A stretch of DNA of 64,000 nt from a candidate division FCPU426 bacterium (GCA_963847625.1 CAWKAR010000045.1:1-64000), one strand, 5' to 3'. Positions 26,444-36,856 are shown, counted from the stretch's first letter. Notes: generated by a model not told the origin, from the letters alone. Program-made: numbers and translations.

Positions 26444-28323
26444 AATATCTCCGCCCGGTATTTATTACGGCTTTCCTGATCCTCGGCCTGTTCCTGGCAC
26501 AAAGACCCGCCGTGCTGGCCCAGGAGGCCGGTTCTCTTATGGAACCGGCACCACCAAAAAGTGGGCCTTGGCTTGAAGCCTCGGCCCAGGAGGCCGAGGC
26601 GCCCGCCACTCCCGAATCGGAAACCATTCCCTCGGAACCCGCTTTTATTTCCCAGCCTGTAACCGCGCCCGCGGAGGCAGTATCGGGAAACCAGGCCCCC
26701 GGTCCCGGCCAGAAACCCTCCCAGGGGGAGGGCGAAAAGGCCCCGGCCCAAAGCCGTCCCACGGCGGTCCCCGAGTTCGCCCTGCCAGAAGTGGTCATTA
26801 CCGGGGAGAACGAGCTGACCATCGGTGCCAACCGCCTGGACCGGAAAGAAAACGACGTGACCCTGGGGACCCGCGACTTGACCAGGTTCGAGCGCACTTT
26901 TAACGACCTGCCCGGGTTGAACAAGACCCTGACGGCCCTTTCCACCGAGGAAGCGGGGCCTTCCAAGAACACGGCCTTGGTCCTGCATTTAGGGGGAGGG
27001 GTTCCGGACACTTACGGGGGATGGGGACTGCTCGGCCAGGAATTCAAGGGCTTGCAGTACCTGCTTTCCGGTTATTACTCCAACTGGGGGGGCCAGGCTG
27101 CCGGAGCGGGCTTGGACGGAGATAAAAGGACCGGCGGGGAACTGGATGTCCAGATTTCCCCCCGGAGTTCGCCCGCTTTCAAACTCACCGCGGGTTACGA
27201 CCAGGCCGACGCCGAACTGCCCTACCAGAAGTCCATCCGGGAGCTGCATGAGGGTTGGAATTTCGCGGGAAGCGCCGATTGGAAACTGACCAGCCTGTTC
27301 ATGGGGCAAGTCAAAATAACCTACCAAGACACGACTTTGAATTATTGGGACCTCCTACCCCAAACCAACGACACCGGGGAACTGGAGAGTGTTTTCAAGA
27401 TGACCGCGGACGGTATCGGCCCTTTCCTGAGCCGTTTGGTGCTGGACGCCGGTGTCCGCCACGCCTCATCCGATTTTCCTTCTCCTTGGGTGACCGGCTA
27501 TGACTGGGGCTGGGCCGGGTTCCAGGCTGATTTCAAGGGCGGCGAGACACTGGATCTTCTCGCGAAACTCCAGGCCCAGGGAGGCGGAGGTTTGGACCTC
27601 CCCTTCAACCTCTATCCGGTGGTGGACCTGATGTGGAGGGTCTTTGAGAGCAGCAAACTCGACCTCTATTGGAAAACGGACCGTTTCGTCGACGGCTTAA
27701 GGAACAACTTCCTGGAGACCGAACACGTGAGCCCCTTCGGAGGGTTCCCCTCCCCCACCGAGATCACCGGCGAGTGGGGCGGGCGTCTGACCCAAAAACT
27801 GAACGAGAGGTTTATTTTCTCCCTTTCCGCCTCCACCGCCCAGATCAACGGTTATCACGATTGGTCGGATCTCAATTCCGGGAGCCCCGATTTCATCCAA
27901 GCCTATTCCACCCTCCGGCAGGTCCAACTTCATCAGGCCGGACTCGACCTTCAATGGAATTTCGCCAAGGATTACCAAGCGGCAGCCGCTTATGAATGGA
28001 CCGAAGCGGACAACACCGGCGGGGATGGAAAGAATTTGACGAATCTGCCGACCAGCAAGGGGGTCCTCTCCCTTTACCGGGGCAACGAGAAATTGGAGAC
28101 CCGGTTGGAATTGGGTTTGGCCTCCACCCGATACACTTTCGAGACCGGGAATGCCACCCTTCCCGCCTACGCCGCGCTGAACCTGGACGCGACCTACCAC
28201 TGGACCAAAACTTTTTCCCTCTGGTTGAACGGTGACAATTTGACGGGAACGGACTTCGAACTCCAGCCGGGGTATCCGGAGCCCCGGTTCCATCTCCGGG
28301 GAGGGTTGGAAATTATCTTCTGA
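26440..28323 (+). CDS. TonB-dependent-receptor-like outer-membrane beta-barrel
   Basis: Signal peptide, LPEVVITG TonB-box-like motif, C-terminal LNLDATY...GDNL...GGLEIIF. Confidence 0.75.
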   Translation: MKYLRPVFITAFLILGLFLAQRPAVLAQEAGSLMEPAPPKSGPWLEASAQEAEAPATPESETIPSEPAFISQPVTAPAEAVSGNQAPGPGQKPSQGEGEKAPAQSRPTAVPEFALPEVVITGENELTIGANRLDRKENDVTLGTRDLTRFERTFNDLPGLNKTLTALSTEEAGPSKNTALVLHLGGGVPDTYGGWGLLGQEFKGLQYLLSGYYSNWGGQAAGAGLDGDKRTGGELDVQISPRSSPAFKLTAGYDQADAELPYQKSIRELHEGWNFAGSADWKLTSLFMGQVKITYQDTTLNYWDLLPQTNDTGELESVFKMTADGIGPFLSRLVLDAGVRHASSDFPSPWVTGYDWGWAGFQADFKGGETLDLLAKLQAQGGGGLDLPFNLYPVVDLMWRVFESSKLDLYWKTDRFVDGLRNNFLETEHVSPFGGFPSPTEITGEWGGRLTQKLNERFIFSLSASTAQINGYHDWSDLNSGSPDFIQAYSTLRQVQLHQAGLDLQWNFAKDYQAAAAYEWTEADNTGGDGKNLTNLPTSKGVLSLYRGNEKLETRLELGLASTRYTFETGNATLPAYAALNLDATYHWTKTFSLWLNGDNLTGTDFELQPGYPEPRFHLRGGLEIIF

Positions 28324-28375
28324 ACCGGAATAAGCAATAATCGGGATCGAATGGGACTAAGGGCGGGTGGTAAGG

Positions 28376-28735
28376 TTATTTCCCCACGGCTACGGGCGTT
28401 TTGGCTTCGGTGCCCTCTGTGGGAAAACCCGCTTCCGACCATTCCTGGATGCCGCCTGGATAATCTTCCGCGTTGATTCCTTGTTCTTTCAAAACAACGG
28501 CTGCGTTGTGGCTTGACAGGGAATCCCCCCGGCTGGCGCCATAGGTGATAAAGAACTTCCCTTTGCCGTATTTTTTTTCCACCGATAGGACGAAACTGCG
28601 CACATTCTGCCCGAACGCGATAAAATCCGAACCCTTGATATGGAGTTTCTCGAAGTCGCTTTTTGGGATTACACCCAATACGATCGTATTTTCATCCTTC
28701 ATTTTTTTCAAAAGCGCTTCCTTCGACATGCCCAT
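28376..28735 (-). CDS. Rhodanese-like protein lacking the catalytic Cys
   Basis: Close paralogue of 7922-8311 with ITYGAS in place of ITYCAG. Confidence 0.88.
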   Translation of the reverse strand: MGMSKEALLKKMKDENTIVLGVIPKSDFEKLHIKGSDFIAFGQNVRSFVLSVEKKYGKGKFFITYGASRGDSLSSHNAAVVLKEQGINAEDYPGGIQEWSEAGFPTEGTEAKTPVAVGK

Positions 28736-29192
28736 GCTTTGCCTCTTTCCTTAACCCTTTCCCCTATGATTCTAGACCTTTATGGGGGAATTAGCAGAAG
28801 AAAGCGGGAAAAATATTCGTGACTGGCAAACAATTCCCGGTTTTTTTCGAGCTGCATCTGCTTGATTTGATTCCTGCCGGGAAGGCCTCCACGGATCGGG
28901 ATCGCCCGTCAAAATACCGCGAATCGGGAAAACAAAGCCGGGTTTGGATAAAAAGTATATTGCGCCGCCCTGGCTCCAAGGAAACCTTGACAATCGTTTT
29001 TAAGAAGATTGGAATATATTGCTGTTTAAACGAGTGCGTGATTGGGTTAAGCAGGTGTGTTTGCCGGTTGTGGTCTCTGGGAATATTTCGCGGAAACCGG
29101 CTTCGATTTACCCTGGAGCCTTTAACAGTTATTGTGTTACCCTTGGCGGGTCGAAAGAAGCCTTTTTCGCCTTTAACTATTGGGAGGGTTCA

Positions 29193-29807
29193 ATGGCTTA
29201 CGATTTTTCACTATGGGAGGTCATTTCAAAAGGCGGCTGGACGATCGGTTTTTTGATCCTCATGTCCATCGTGGTGTTCGCCGTTCTTTTCGAGCGTTTG
29301 AGCTTTTACCGGAAAAACCTGCGGGGACGGGAAGAGGTCCTGGCGGGCTTGGAATCATTCCTCAACAAGGGTAACCTTCAAGAATGCCTGGAAGCCTGCG
29401 ACCGTGACGGGACCTTCCTGGCCAAGGTCGTCCAGGCGGGATTGAGGGCCAGGCTGGAAAAGACCGGGCCTGAGGAGGCCATGGAAAGGGAAGCCAAGAT
29501 CCAGCTTTTGCGGTTGGAAAAACGGCTGCCGCTCCTGGCCACCATCGGAAGCACCGCCCCCTTCATGGGTTTGTTCGGGACGGTCCTGGGCATCATCCGG
29601 GCTTTCCGTGACTTGGCCATTGCCAACAGCGGCGGGGCCGCGGTGGTATCCCAGGGAATCGCCGAGGCCCTGGTGGCCACGGCCGCGGGCCTTTTCGTAG
29701 CCATCACCGCTGTCTTCATCTACAACTGGTTCCAAAGCCGGATCAACGCCATGGCTTTGGAGGCCGAGATCGTGGTTTCTGCGATGCTGGAAAGGCTCGG
29801 GGACTGA
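29193..29807 (+). CDS. exbB: MotA/TolQ/ExbB proton channel protein
   Basis: LATIGSTAPFMGLFGTVLG, GIAEALVATAAGL; ATG 29193 after GGGAGG. Confidence 0.92.
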   Translation: MAYDFSLWEVISKGGWTIGFLILMSIVVFAVLFERLSFYRKNLRGREEVLAGLESFLNKGNLQECLEACDRDGTFLAKVVQAGLRARLEKTGPEEAMEREAKIQLLRLEKRLPLLATIGSTAPFMGLFGTVLGIIRAFRDLAIANSGGAAVVSQGIAEALVATAAGLFVAITAVFIYNWFQSRINAMALEAEIVVSAMLERLGD

Positions 29808-29810
29808 GCC

Positions 29811-30287
29811 ATGGAAAGCCACCTCCGGGCCAAGGCCAAGCTGATGTCCGAGATCAACATGGTGCCCTTCACGGATGTCGTGCTGGTGTTATTGGTCATC
29901 TTCATGGTGACCACCCCCTTTCTTTTTCAGGGCGCCTTTCAAGTGAAACTGCCCAAAGTGGCGGCGCCCTCGCCCAACCTGCCTGAGACTTTCACCATCA
30001 CGATCACCCAGGGAGACAAGGTCTACGTCAACGACAAGGAAACCAGCATGGACGATCTGCAGGTCCGGATGAAGGAATTGATCGCCCAGAAGCCCGGCGC
30101 CTTGGTCATGATCAACGCCGACAAGAACGTGTCCCATGGGACGGTCATGGGCGTCATGTCCCAAGCCTACCAGGCCGGCATTTCCAAGGTGGGGGTGGCG
30201 GTAGAAATCGCAAACAACCCCGGGGCTCCCGCGACGGTTGGAAACACCGGACCCCAAACGGCTCAAGCTCCGGTTTCGAACAAATAG
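29811..30287 (+). CDS. exbD: ExbD/TolR biopolymer transport protein
   Basis: SEINMVPFTDVVLVLLVIFMVT, INADK. Confidence 0.93.
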   Translation: MESHLRAKAKLMSEINMVPFTDVVLVLLVIFMVTTPFLFQGAFQVKLPKVAAPSPNLPETFTITITQGDKVYVNDKETSMDDLQVRMKELIAQKPGALVMINADKNVSHGTVMGVMSQAYQAGISKVGVAVEIANNPGAPATVGNTGPQTAQAPVSNK

Positions 30288-30296
30288 GGGTGAATA

Positions 30297-31073
30297 ATGG
30301 ATCGTGAATTTCAAAAATCCATTTTTTACTCGACCGTTTTCCACGCGCTTCTTTTCTTGATTTTTTTCCTGTTGTATCGTTCTTTCATCGTGGTCCGCAC
30401 ACCCTTGCTGATGGAATTGACCCTGATCGGGGAAATGTCCCAAGGGCAGGGAATGGGGTCTCCCGCCCCGCACGCAGGGGTAGAGCCCGGTCAAATGCCC
30501 CCGGCCCAAACCAACGGGGAATTTTCGACACCCCGGAAGGAAACCGCGAATCCACCCGTGCATCCCGCCGAGAAACCCGAAGCCGCGGTGAGGCGGCCCC
30601 TGAAACCCAAACCCCACTCCGGAAACGCTAGTTCCGAGTCCTACCTGGAAAGTCTGGAACGGAAGGCTCCCATCGGGTTCAACATCAAAAAAGACGTGAC
30701 AGGCGACATCAAAACAACCGCCGGTTTGGGACATGCGGGGGTGGCTGGCACACCCGAGGGAAATCCACAAATCGAGGGGGAATTGGCCGCCCGGAGCATC
30801 AAAAGGCGGGTGAATCCGGATTACCCCGATTGGGCCAAGAAACAGGGTATCGAGGCCACCGTGCGTTTCCACTTGACGGTCCTGCCCAACGGGTTGTTGA
30901 AAGACGAGTTGGAGTTGGAGCAGACCTCGGGCTATCGTGAGCTGGACCGGGTGGTTTATGAGGCTTTGATCCAATGGGAATTTGAGCCCCTGCCGCCGGA
31001 ATTACCGCAGGTGGATCAGTCGGGAATCATCACCTTTACCTTCAGCCTTAACAACGCCTCTTCCTCTCCATGA
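30297..31073 (+). CDS. tonB: TonB-family energy transducer
   Basis: N-terminal TM with S..FH, Pro-rich linker, PDYP..A...G, SGY..LD, WEFEP. Confidence 0.88.
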   Translation: MDREFQKSIFYSTVFHALLFLIFFLLYRSFIVVRTPLLMELTLIGEMSQGQGMGSPAPHAGVEPGQMPPAQTNGEFSTPRKETANPPVHPAEKPEAAVRRPLKPKPHSGNASSESYLESLERKAPIGFNIKKDVTGDIKTTAGLGHAGVAGTPEGNPQIEGELAARSIKRRVNPDYPDWAKKQGIEATVRFHLTVLPNGLLKDELELEQTSGYRELDRVVYEALIQWEFEPLPPELPQVDQSGIITFTFSLNNASSSP

Positions 31074-33175
31074 TTTATCTTTTGCTCGGCGGTGTGGCCC
31101 TATTCTGGACGGGTTTGGCATTGACCGCCGCGGCCCCCGGCATCGTGGGAGGAGACGCGCCGGAATTGACTTGCGCGGCCTTCCATTTGGGTTCAGCCCA
31201 CGCCCCGGGATACCCTCTTTACGTCACACTGGTTCGGTTATTCCTGGACCTGCCGCTGGGGACTCCCGCTTTCCGGTCCACATTCTTCTCGATCCTTTGC
31301 CAAACCTCCGCCTTTGTCATCTTGACCTATGCCCTCCAAGGTCTCTTGGGGAGCGTGTGGAAGGCAGGGGAGAAATGGGGAATGGCTGCACTGGCGTCCT
31401 GCCTGGTGATGGCGGGGCCCCTTGTTTTCCGCCAATTCGTGAGCCCGGAAGTGTTCGCTTTCCATTTTTTTTTCATCGCCATTTGCCTGCTTTTGATTTT
31501 TAAAGCTGGTTCAACAGCTTTCCTGGTCTCCGCCTTTGTCACTGGGGCTGCCCTGACCCACCAGCACCTGGCCCTGCTTGTCCTCCCGGCCTTGTTATGG
31601 AATTACCGGTCCCATCTGAAACGGCCCAAGTACTTGCTTTACGGGATTTCCCTATTCCTGTTGGGGTTTTCCGCCTACCTGGTTCTTCCCTTGCGAGCGG
31701 TCCAACATCCTTTAGTGAATTGGGGTCATCCGGACAGCCTGCGGCAATTTCTTTACCATTTGGGCCGTGTCCAGTATGGCGGGGACATTACCGGTGGAAG
31801 GCTGGTAAACGGGTTCCTGGAACTTTGGCTGTACATGCGGGATTATATTCAGGAGGTTTTGGGCTGGGGTTTGATCCCCGCACTTTTAGGCTTTTGGATC
31901 GCCTGCCGGAAATTCCATTCTCCTTATTGGATCGGCCTTGTAACGCAATTCGTGATCCTTCCTTTTTTAATCCGGGCCCCGTACGACCCGGAGAACAACT
32001 ACGTCAACGGTGCTTTCCTGACACCGGCCATCCTATGGCTTTCCCCGCTCACACTCCTGGGGCTGGAATGGTTATATGCCAAAGTGGGGAAGTTCCAAGC
32101 GGCGATTCTGGGCCTCTTTTTACTGCTCGTTTTGGCGAGTACCTGCTTTTCCTACGCCAAGATGGATACTTCTCGGAACCTGGCGATGGACGATATCGGG
32201 AGAGATATTCTCCGGCAAATGCCCAGGAAGTCCGTTTTATATAGCGAGGGCGACGCGGTGACATTCCCCCTGGCTTACTTGAAGCAGGTCCTGGGGTTTC
32301 GCCCGGACTTGGACCTGTTCGACAGGACTGGGGGGCTTTTTCAGGACCTTTACCACCTCTTGGATTACCGGAACAGCCCCAGCGTCACCCCCGCCCAACT
32401 GGTGAGCCGGGAAAGAAACTACGAAGAAAACCGCAAACCGTCGGATGTCTATTACACCGAATCCTCGGAATCCCCTGGACGGGCATTGACGATGACCGGT
32501 TTGCTTTTCGAGGTCATGGAGGGTGGCCAGGGGTTGGAGCCGGTCGATTTATGGAGCGGTTTCCGCCCACCCCGGATTGAAACTCACCATGATTATTTCT
32601 CAAGGGAAACGGGGGCCCGTTTTTACCTATTCAAGGCTTCCTGGGACTTGGATGAAGCCAAGAACACATCACAGTACCGGAAAGATATGGACCGGGTCGT
32701 GGAACTGGCCTATGACAACTACCGGCTCCTTGTGAACGAGGGACTGGTGGAAAGCGCCCACGGCTGGACGGACCAGGCGGTCCTGGATTACGAAAAGGCC
32801 GCTGAAATTGCGCCTGGCGCCGCCTTGGCCTGGGTAAACCTTGGCATCGTGGCCCACAAACAAGGCCGTATCGCGGAAGCGGTGAGATACTACCGAAAAG
32901 CTGTGGGGGTGGAGCCGGATAATTCGAATTACCACAGCCATTTGGGGTTTGAGTATTACCAAAACCGGCAAGTCCCGGAGGCCATCCGGGAATGGGAAGC
33001 CGCCCGAAAGATCGATCCCTCCAACCCAGAGTCCTACCACAATTTGGGATTGGTTTATATGCAGACCAATCCTGATTACGCGGCTCAGATGCTTGGGCGA
33101 TTCCTGGCATTGTCACCCGGGGCGGCGGACCGGTCTGCCATCGAGAAATGGCTCGCGAAACGGCCAAACCAATAG
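31070..33175 (+). CDS. DUF2723/TMEM260-like GT-C membrane protein with TPRs
   Basis: GDAPEL..AA..LGSAHAPGYPLY, NWG.P, EGD..TFPL.Y, C-terminal TPRs. Confidence 0.88.
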   Translation: MIYLLLGGVALFWTGLALTAAAPGIVGGDAPELTCAAFHLGSAHAPGYPLYVTLVRLFLDLPLGTPAFRSTFFSILCQTSAFVILTYALQGLLGSVWKAGEKWGMAALASCLVMAGPLVFRQFVSPEVFAFHFFFIAICLLLIFKAGSTAFLVSAFVTGAALTHQHLALLVLPALLWNYRSHLKRPKYLLYGISLFLLGFSAYLVLPLRAVQHPLVNWGHPDSLRQFLYHLGRVQYGGDITGGRLVNGFLELWLYMRDYIQEVLGWGLIPALLGFWIACRKFHSPYWIGLVTQFVILPFLIRAPYDPENNYVNGAFLTPAILWLSPLTLLGLEWLYAKVGKFQAAILGLFLLLVLASTCFSYAKMDTSRNLAMDDIGRDILRQMPRKSVLYSEGDAVTFPLAYLKQVLGFRPDLDLFDRTGGLFQDLYHLLDYRNSPSVTPAQLVSRERNYEENRKPSDVYYTESSESPGRALTMTGLLFEVMEGGQGLEPVDLWSGFRPPRIETHHDYFSRETGARFYLFKASWDLDEAKNTSQYRKDMDRVVELAYDNYRLLVNEGLVESAHGWTDQAVLDYEKAAEIAPGAALAWVNLGIVAHKQGRIAEAVRYYRKAVGVEPDNSNYHSHLGFEYYQNRQVPEAIREWEAARKIDPSNPESYHNLGLVYMQTNPDYAAQMLGRFLALSPGAADRSAIEKWLAKRPNQ

Positions 33176-33333
33176 CCTTGTCTTTAAGACGAACAGCTAT
33201 CTTGAAAATGGAAAAACACACTTAAGCGCCTTTAGTTTCATCCATCGACCATCCGTTGTTGATATTCGCCATTAACCGCTTTAATCCTTGATCTATGTTA
33301 AAATAACCGCCTATTTCACCTTAAAGGAACGCC

Positions 33334-34272
33334 ATGGCCCGCATCGCCGCCGTATTTCCTAACGAAGGATCGCAATACGTGGGCATGGGCAAGGATTTTT
33401 ACGCAAAATCCCTGACCGTGCGGAAGTACTACGACGACACCGAGAAACTCCTGAACTCCAAGATCGCCAAAGTCTGCTTTTTAGGCCCCAAGGAGGAACA
33501 GGACAGGTTTCTGAACGCCCATTTGGCCACCTTCGTGAACGACGTTGCTTTTTTCGAGCCAATTGTTCAGAACCGGAGGAAACCGGAACTTATAACAGGG
33601 GTTGGAGTGGGGGAGGTGGCGGCCCTGGTCGCGGGCGAATGCCTTCCTTTCATCAATGCCCTCCAGTTCGTGGTCAAACGGATACCACTTTTAGAAGCGT
33701 TCGCCAAAAAACACGGTGGCGCCTCCATTTCCCTGATGGGCATCACCCAGGAACAGCTCCAACCCCTTTTGGCCCGGGAGGAAGGGGAAGTGAGGGTGAC
33801 TCATTTCCTGGCCCCGGACACCTTCATCGTTTGGGGGCCGAAGGAGGCTGTGGGTTCACTCCAGTCAGAATTGCAGGGGGTTAAAGGCCTCAAGACCAAT
33901 CCCCAGCCCCCTAGGGGTCCCCTGTTCACCCCCTTCGCGGCTGAACTGGAAACGGAGTTGGGAAAGCTGCTGGACGAGTGCCTGGGCGATGTGAAACTGA
34001 AGAATCCCAAGATCGCGTTCCATACTTGTTCCGATGGGGAGAGAATCGGAACTCTGGAAAACGTGCGGGATGTTCTGGTGAAACAATATTCCAAGCCGGT
34101 CCAATGGATCCAAACGGTCAAGGCCATTATCTTCCAGGGCTTTCGGAGCTGGGTGGAAGTGGGCCCGGGCCGGACCTACGTCTCCATGGTGAAGAAGATT
34201 GACGTGGATACCCGTATCACCAATGTGGAGGACATGAAGACCCTATCCCTGATGGTGAGGGTAACGGGATAA
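33334..34272 (+). CDS. FabD-like (malonyl-CoA:ACP transacylase) homologue with degenerate active site
   Basis: VFPNEGSQYVGMG, PVQW and VEVGPG give the fold; GHSxG is replaced by GVGVG. Confidence 0.85.
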   Translation: MARIAAVFPNEGSQYVGMGKDFYAKSLTVRKYYDDTEKLLNSKIAKVCFLGPKEEQDRFLNAHLATFVNDVAFFEPIVQNRRKPELITGVGVGEVAALVAGECLPFINALQFVVKRIPLLEAFAKKHGGASISLMGITQEQLQPLLAREEGEVRVTHFLAPDTFIVWGPKEAVGSLQSELQGVKGLKTNPQPPRGPLFTPFAAELETELGKLLDECLGDVKLKNPKIAFHTCSDGERIGTLENVRDVLVKQYSKPVQWIQTVKAIIFQGFRSWVEVGPGRTYVSMVKKIDVDTRITNVEDMKTLSLMVRVTG

Positions 34273-34826
34273 TGAAACTCAAATTTCCTGTTTGCCTTCT
34301 CATCCTCTTTTTTAACCTTGCCGCCGTAGGATACGGGACGGACGTTTCGAACGAGACACCGGCCTCCGCGCCGGATTCTGGAAACTCGTCCCCATCGTCC
34401 AAAGCCGATACCGCGGGCAAGTCGGATACTGGGAACAAGATGGGCGCCCAACTCAACCTGCCTGCGGCTAACACCAGTCCGACTGATACTCCGACCCCGG
34501 TCATCCACCGGACCCCTGTGGTCACCAAACCCGGCATCAGCGTCATCCCCAACCCGGCCCGGGGGAAGAAATTGTCTTTCCGGATCATGGCCCCCTCCCC
34601 CAGCAAGGTCTTTATCCGCGTTTACAACCGCAACTTCGACCCGGTGACCGTCATGGAGCAGGAAGGGGAACAACTTTTCGACGTCATGTGGAACCTCCAG
34701 AAGGTGCCGGAAGGGCTTTACTATTACCAGGCCCAGTTGGAGGCGAAAGACGGGGGAAAACTCACCAAATTTCCGATGAAAAAATTCGCGGTGATCAAGG
34801 ATGAAGTCCCGGCGGTCAAACCATGA
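34272..34826 (+). CDS. Secreted protein consisting of a low-complexity linker plus a PNP...GLYY C-terminal Ig-like domain
   Basis: Signal peptide; VIPNPARG...IRVYN...W..VPEGLYYY. Confidence 0.75.
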   Translation: MKLKFPVCLLILFFNLAAVGYGTDVSNETPASAPDSGNSSPSSKADTAGKSDTGNKMGAQLNLPAANTSPTDTPTPVIHRTPVVTKPGISVIPNPARGKKLSFRIMAPSPSKVFIRVYNRNFDPVTVMEQEGEQLFDVMWNLQKVPEGLYYYQAQLEAKDGGKLTKFPMKKFAVIKDEVPAVKP

Positions 34827-36247
34827 CCCTTCCTGAAGTCCTGATCGTCGGTCGGCCCAACGTTGGAAAATCCACTCTTTTCAACCGCCTCATCGGGAAA
34901 TCCATCGCCCTGGTGGACGGACAACCCGGCTCCACCCGGGACTTGAAAAGCCTGGAAGCCGAGTGGAACGGCACGGACTTTCTTTTGACCGATTCGGGAG
35001 GATGGGTCCCCGGCGAGAAGGAAACCATCGCGGCGAAAGTGGGCGCCCTCCTGGAACGGAAGATCCGGCATGCCTCGGCCCTTTTGCTCGTCGTGGACGG
35101 TTCGGAAGGCGTGACGCACCCGGATGAGATCATCGTCCGTCACCTGTGGGAGCGGGGCCTGCCGATGTGGCTGCTGGTCAATAAGGCAGATTGCTTCGAA
35201 AAGTGGGATGAGACCCTCTCGGATTTTCAACGATTAGGGTTCGAAAGGTGTTTCCCCATCTCCGCCGTGCACGGACTGGGAATCGACGACTTCCTCGACA
35301 GCCTGGTGGAGTTCTTGAAGGGGGAAGCCCGGTCCGTGCCGGAGGCGGTGACGGAAAAGCGGCCCATGCGACTCGCCGTCCTGGGCAAGCCCAATGTCGG
35401 GAAATCCTCCCTTGTCAACGCCCTCCTGGGCAAGAATAAACTGCTCGTGGACGACCTGCCGGGTACGACCCATGACGCGATACCCCTCATCCTGGAAATA
35501 GGAAACGACCCATTGGTTCTGGTAGATACCGCGGGAATCCGGGCCCCCCAAAAACAGGACAGCCGCATCGAGGAACTCAGCGTCCAACAGACGCTGTACG
35601 AGCTCCAAACCTGCCAGGTTGCGTTATTCCTTTTGGACGGGGAAAAAGGCATCACCCACCAGGATGTCTCGATCGGCCGGATCCTCCAAGAGGCTTTCCG
35701 CCCGGTGGTGATCCTCGTCAACAAGTGGGACATCCACCCCAAGGGCGCGGAGCAGGCCCGGGCCGAGAGAATCATCCGGAAGGAACTCAGGACGATCCAT
35801 TTCGCGCCGATCCTGTTTGTGTCGGCGAAAACCGGCCAGGGATTGGAGAAGATCCTGCCCCTGGCGGCCGCAGCATTCGAGGAAAGCCTCCGGAAAGCGC
35901 CGACGGCCCAGGTTAACCGGGTCTTCCAGGAAGCCGTTTCCCGGCAACAGCCCCCCTTCAAGAAAGGGAACCAGGTACGGTTCTTTTACGGATACCAGCG
36001 GCAGGGTCATCCCCCGGCGTTCGAGGTTTTCGTCAGCCACCCCGAATGTATTACTCCCTCGTATTTACGCTACCTGGAGGAAGAACTACGGAAATCAGTG
36101 GGAATGGAGTCCACCCCTCTCCAGATCGTGCTGAAAGAAAAAACCGACAAACACGGGTTCAAGAAACCCACCTTCAAGCGTAACTTCGATCCAAACGTTT
36201 CCAGCAGGAAAAAGAGACTTGCGGGAGAAAGAAAGGATAAGCAGTGA
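34823..36247 (+). CDS. der: Ribosome biogenesis GTPase Der (EngA)
   Basis: Two G domains (GRPNVGKS, GKPNVGKSS, DTAG, NKWD) and a KH-like C-terminus. Confidence 0.96.
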   Translation: MTLPEVLIVGRPNVGKSTLFNRLIGKSIALVDGQPGSTRDLKSLEAEWNGTDFLLTDSGGWVPGEKETIAAKVGALLERKIRHASALLLVVDGSEGVTHPDEIIVRHLWERGLPMWLLVNKADCFEKWDETLSDFQRLGFERCFPISAVHGLGIDDFLDSLVEFLKGEARSVPEAVTEKRPMRLAVLGKPNVGKSSLVNALLGKNKLLVDDLPGTTHDAIPLILEIGNDPLVLVDTAGIRAPQKQDSRIEELSVQQTLYELQTCQVALFLLDGEKGITHQDVSIGRILQEAFRPVVILVNKWDIHPKGAEQARAERIIRKELRTIHFAPILFVSAKTGQGLEKILPLAAAAFEESLRKAPTAQVNRVFQEAVSRQQPPFKKGNQVRFFYGYQRQGHPPAFEVFVSHPECITPSYLRYLEEELRKSVGMESTPLQIVLKEKTDKHGFKKPTFKRNFDPNVSSRKKRLAGERKDKQ

Positions 36248-36840
36248 CGGCTTTTCTGACATTTTTAGGATCCTACCTTCTGGGTTCTGTGCCATTCGGA
36301 TTTCTAGTGGTGAAGCTCACCATGGGTGTGGATATTCGGACCCAGGGAAGCGGGAATATCGGCATGACCAACGTTTGGAGGGTGGCCGGAGCGCCATGGG
36401 GTGTCTTGACCCTGGTTCTGGACGCGGGCAAGGGGGTCCTGGCCGTCTGGCTGGGACAGCATTTCATATTGGGCGGCGAATGGGGCGAGGTGCTTTGCGG
36501 TCTTTTAGCGCTCGTCGGGAACGTTTTCAGCGTTTTTATGAAATTTAAGGGGGGAAAGGGCGTCGGTGTGAGCGCTGGCGTTTTTTTTAGTCTACTCCCC
36601 ATGGAAAGCGCCGCTGGCGCGGTTGTTTTCGCTCTGGCGCTTCTTTTGTGGAGGATGATCTCGGTTGGAAGTTTGTTGGGTTTCACTACCATGACCCTGT
36701 TGACCTTTTATTTTCAAAGAGGACTGACCTGGCTTTCCGGATTGGCGTTGGCCGCCGCCGTGGTCGTTTGGTGGTCCCACCGCCAAAATATCCGCCGTCT
36801 CTTGAAGGGAACCGAGAGTAAAATAAGTCGAAAACGCTAG
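36244..36840 (+). CDS. plsY: Glycerol-3-phosphate acyltransferase PlsY
   Basis: YLLGSVPFG, GSGNIGMTN..R, FKGGKGV, HRQNI.RL. Confidence 0.95.
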   Translation: MTAFLTFLGSYLLGSVPFGFLVVKLTMGVDIRTQGSGNIGMTNVWRVAGAPWGVLTLVLDAGKGVLAVWLGQHFILGGEWGEVLCGLLALVGNVFSVFMKFKGGKGVGVSAGVFFSLLPMESAAGAVVFALALLLWRMISVGSLLGFTTMTLLTFYFQRGLTWLSGLALAAAVVVWWSHRQNIRRLLKGTESKISRKR

Positions 36841-36856
36841 GAGAGAACGAACCACC

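Noticed and set aside
28986..29192. Cobalamin or other riboswitch in the long exbB leader
   Set aside because: A TTGACA box and some hairpin potential are present, but I could not identify conserved riboswitch motifs; needs an Rfam scan.
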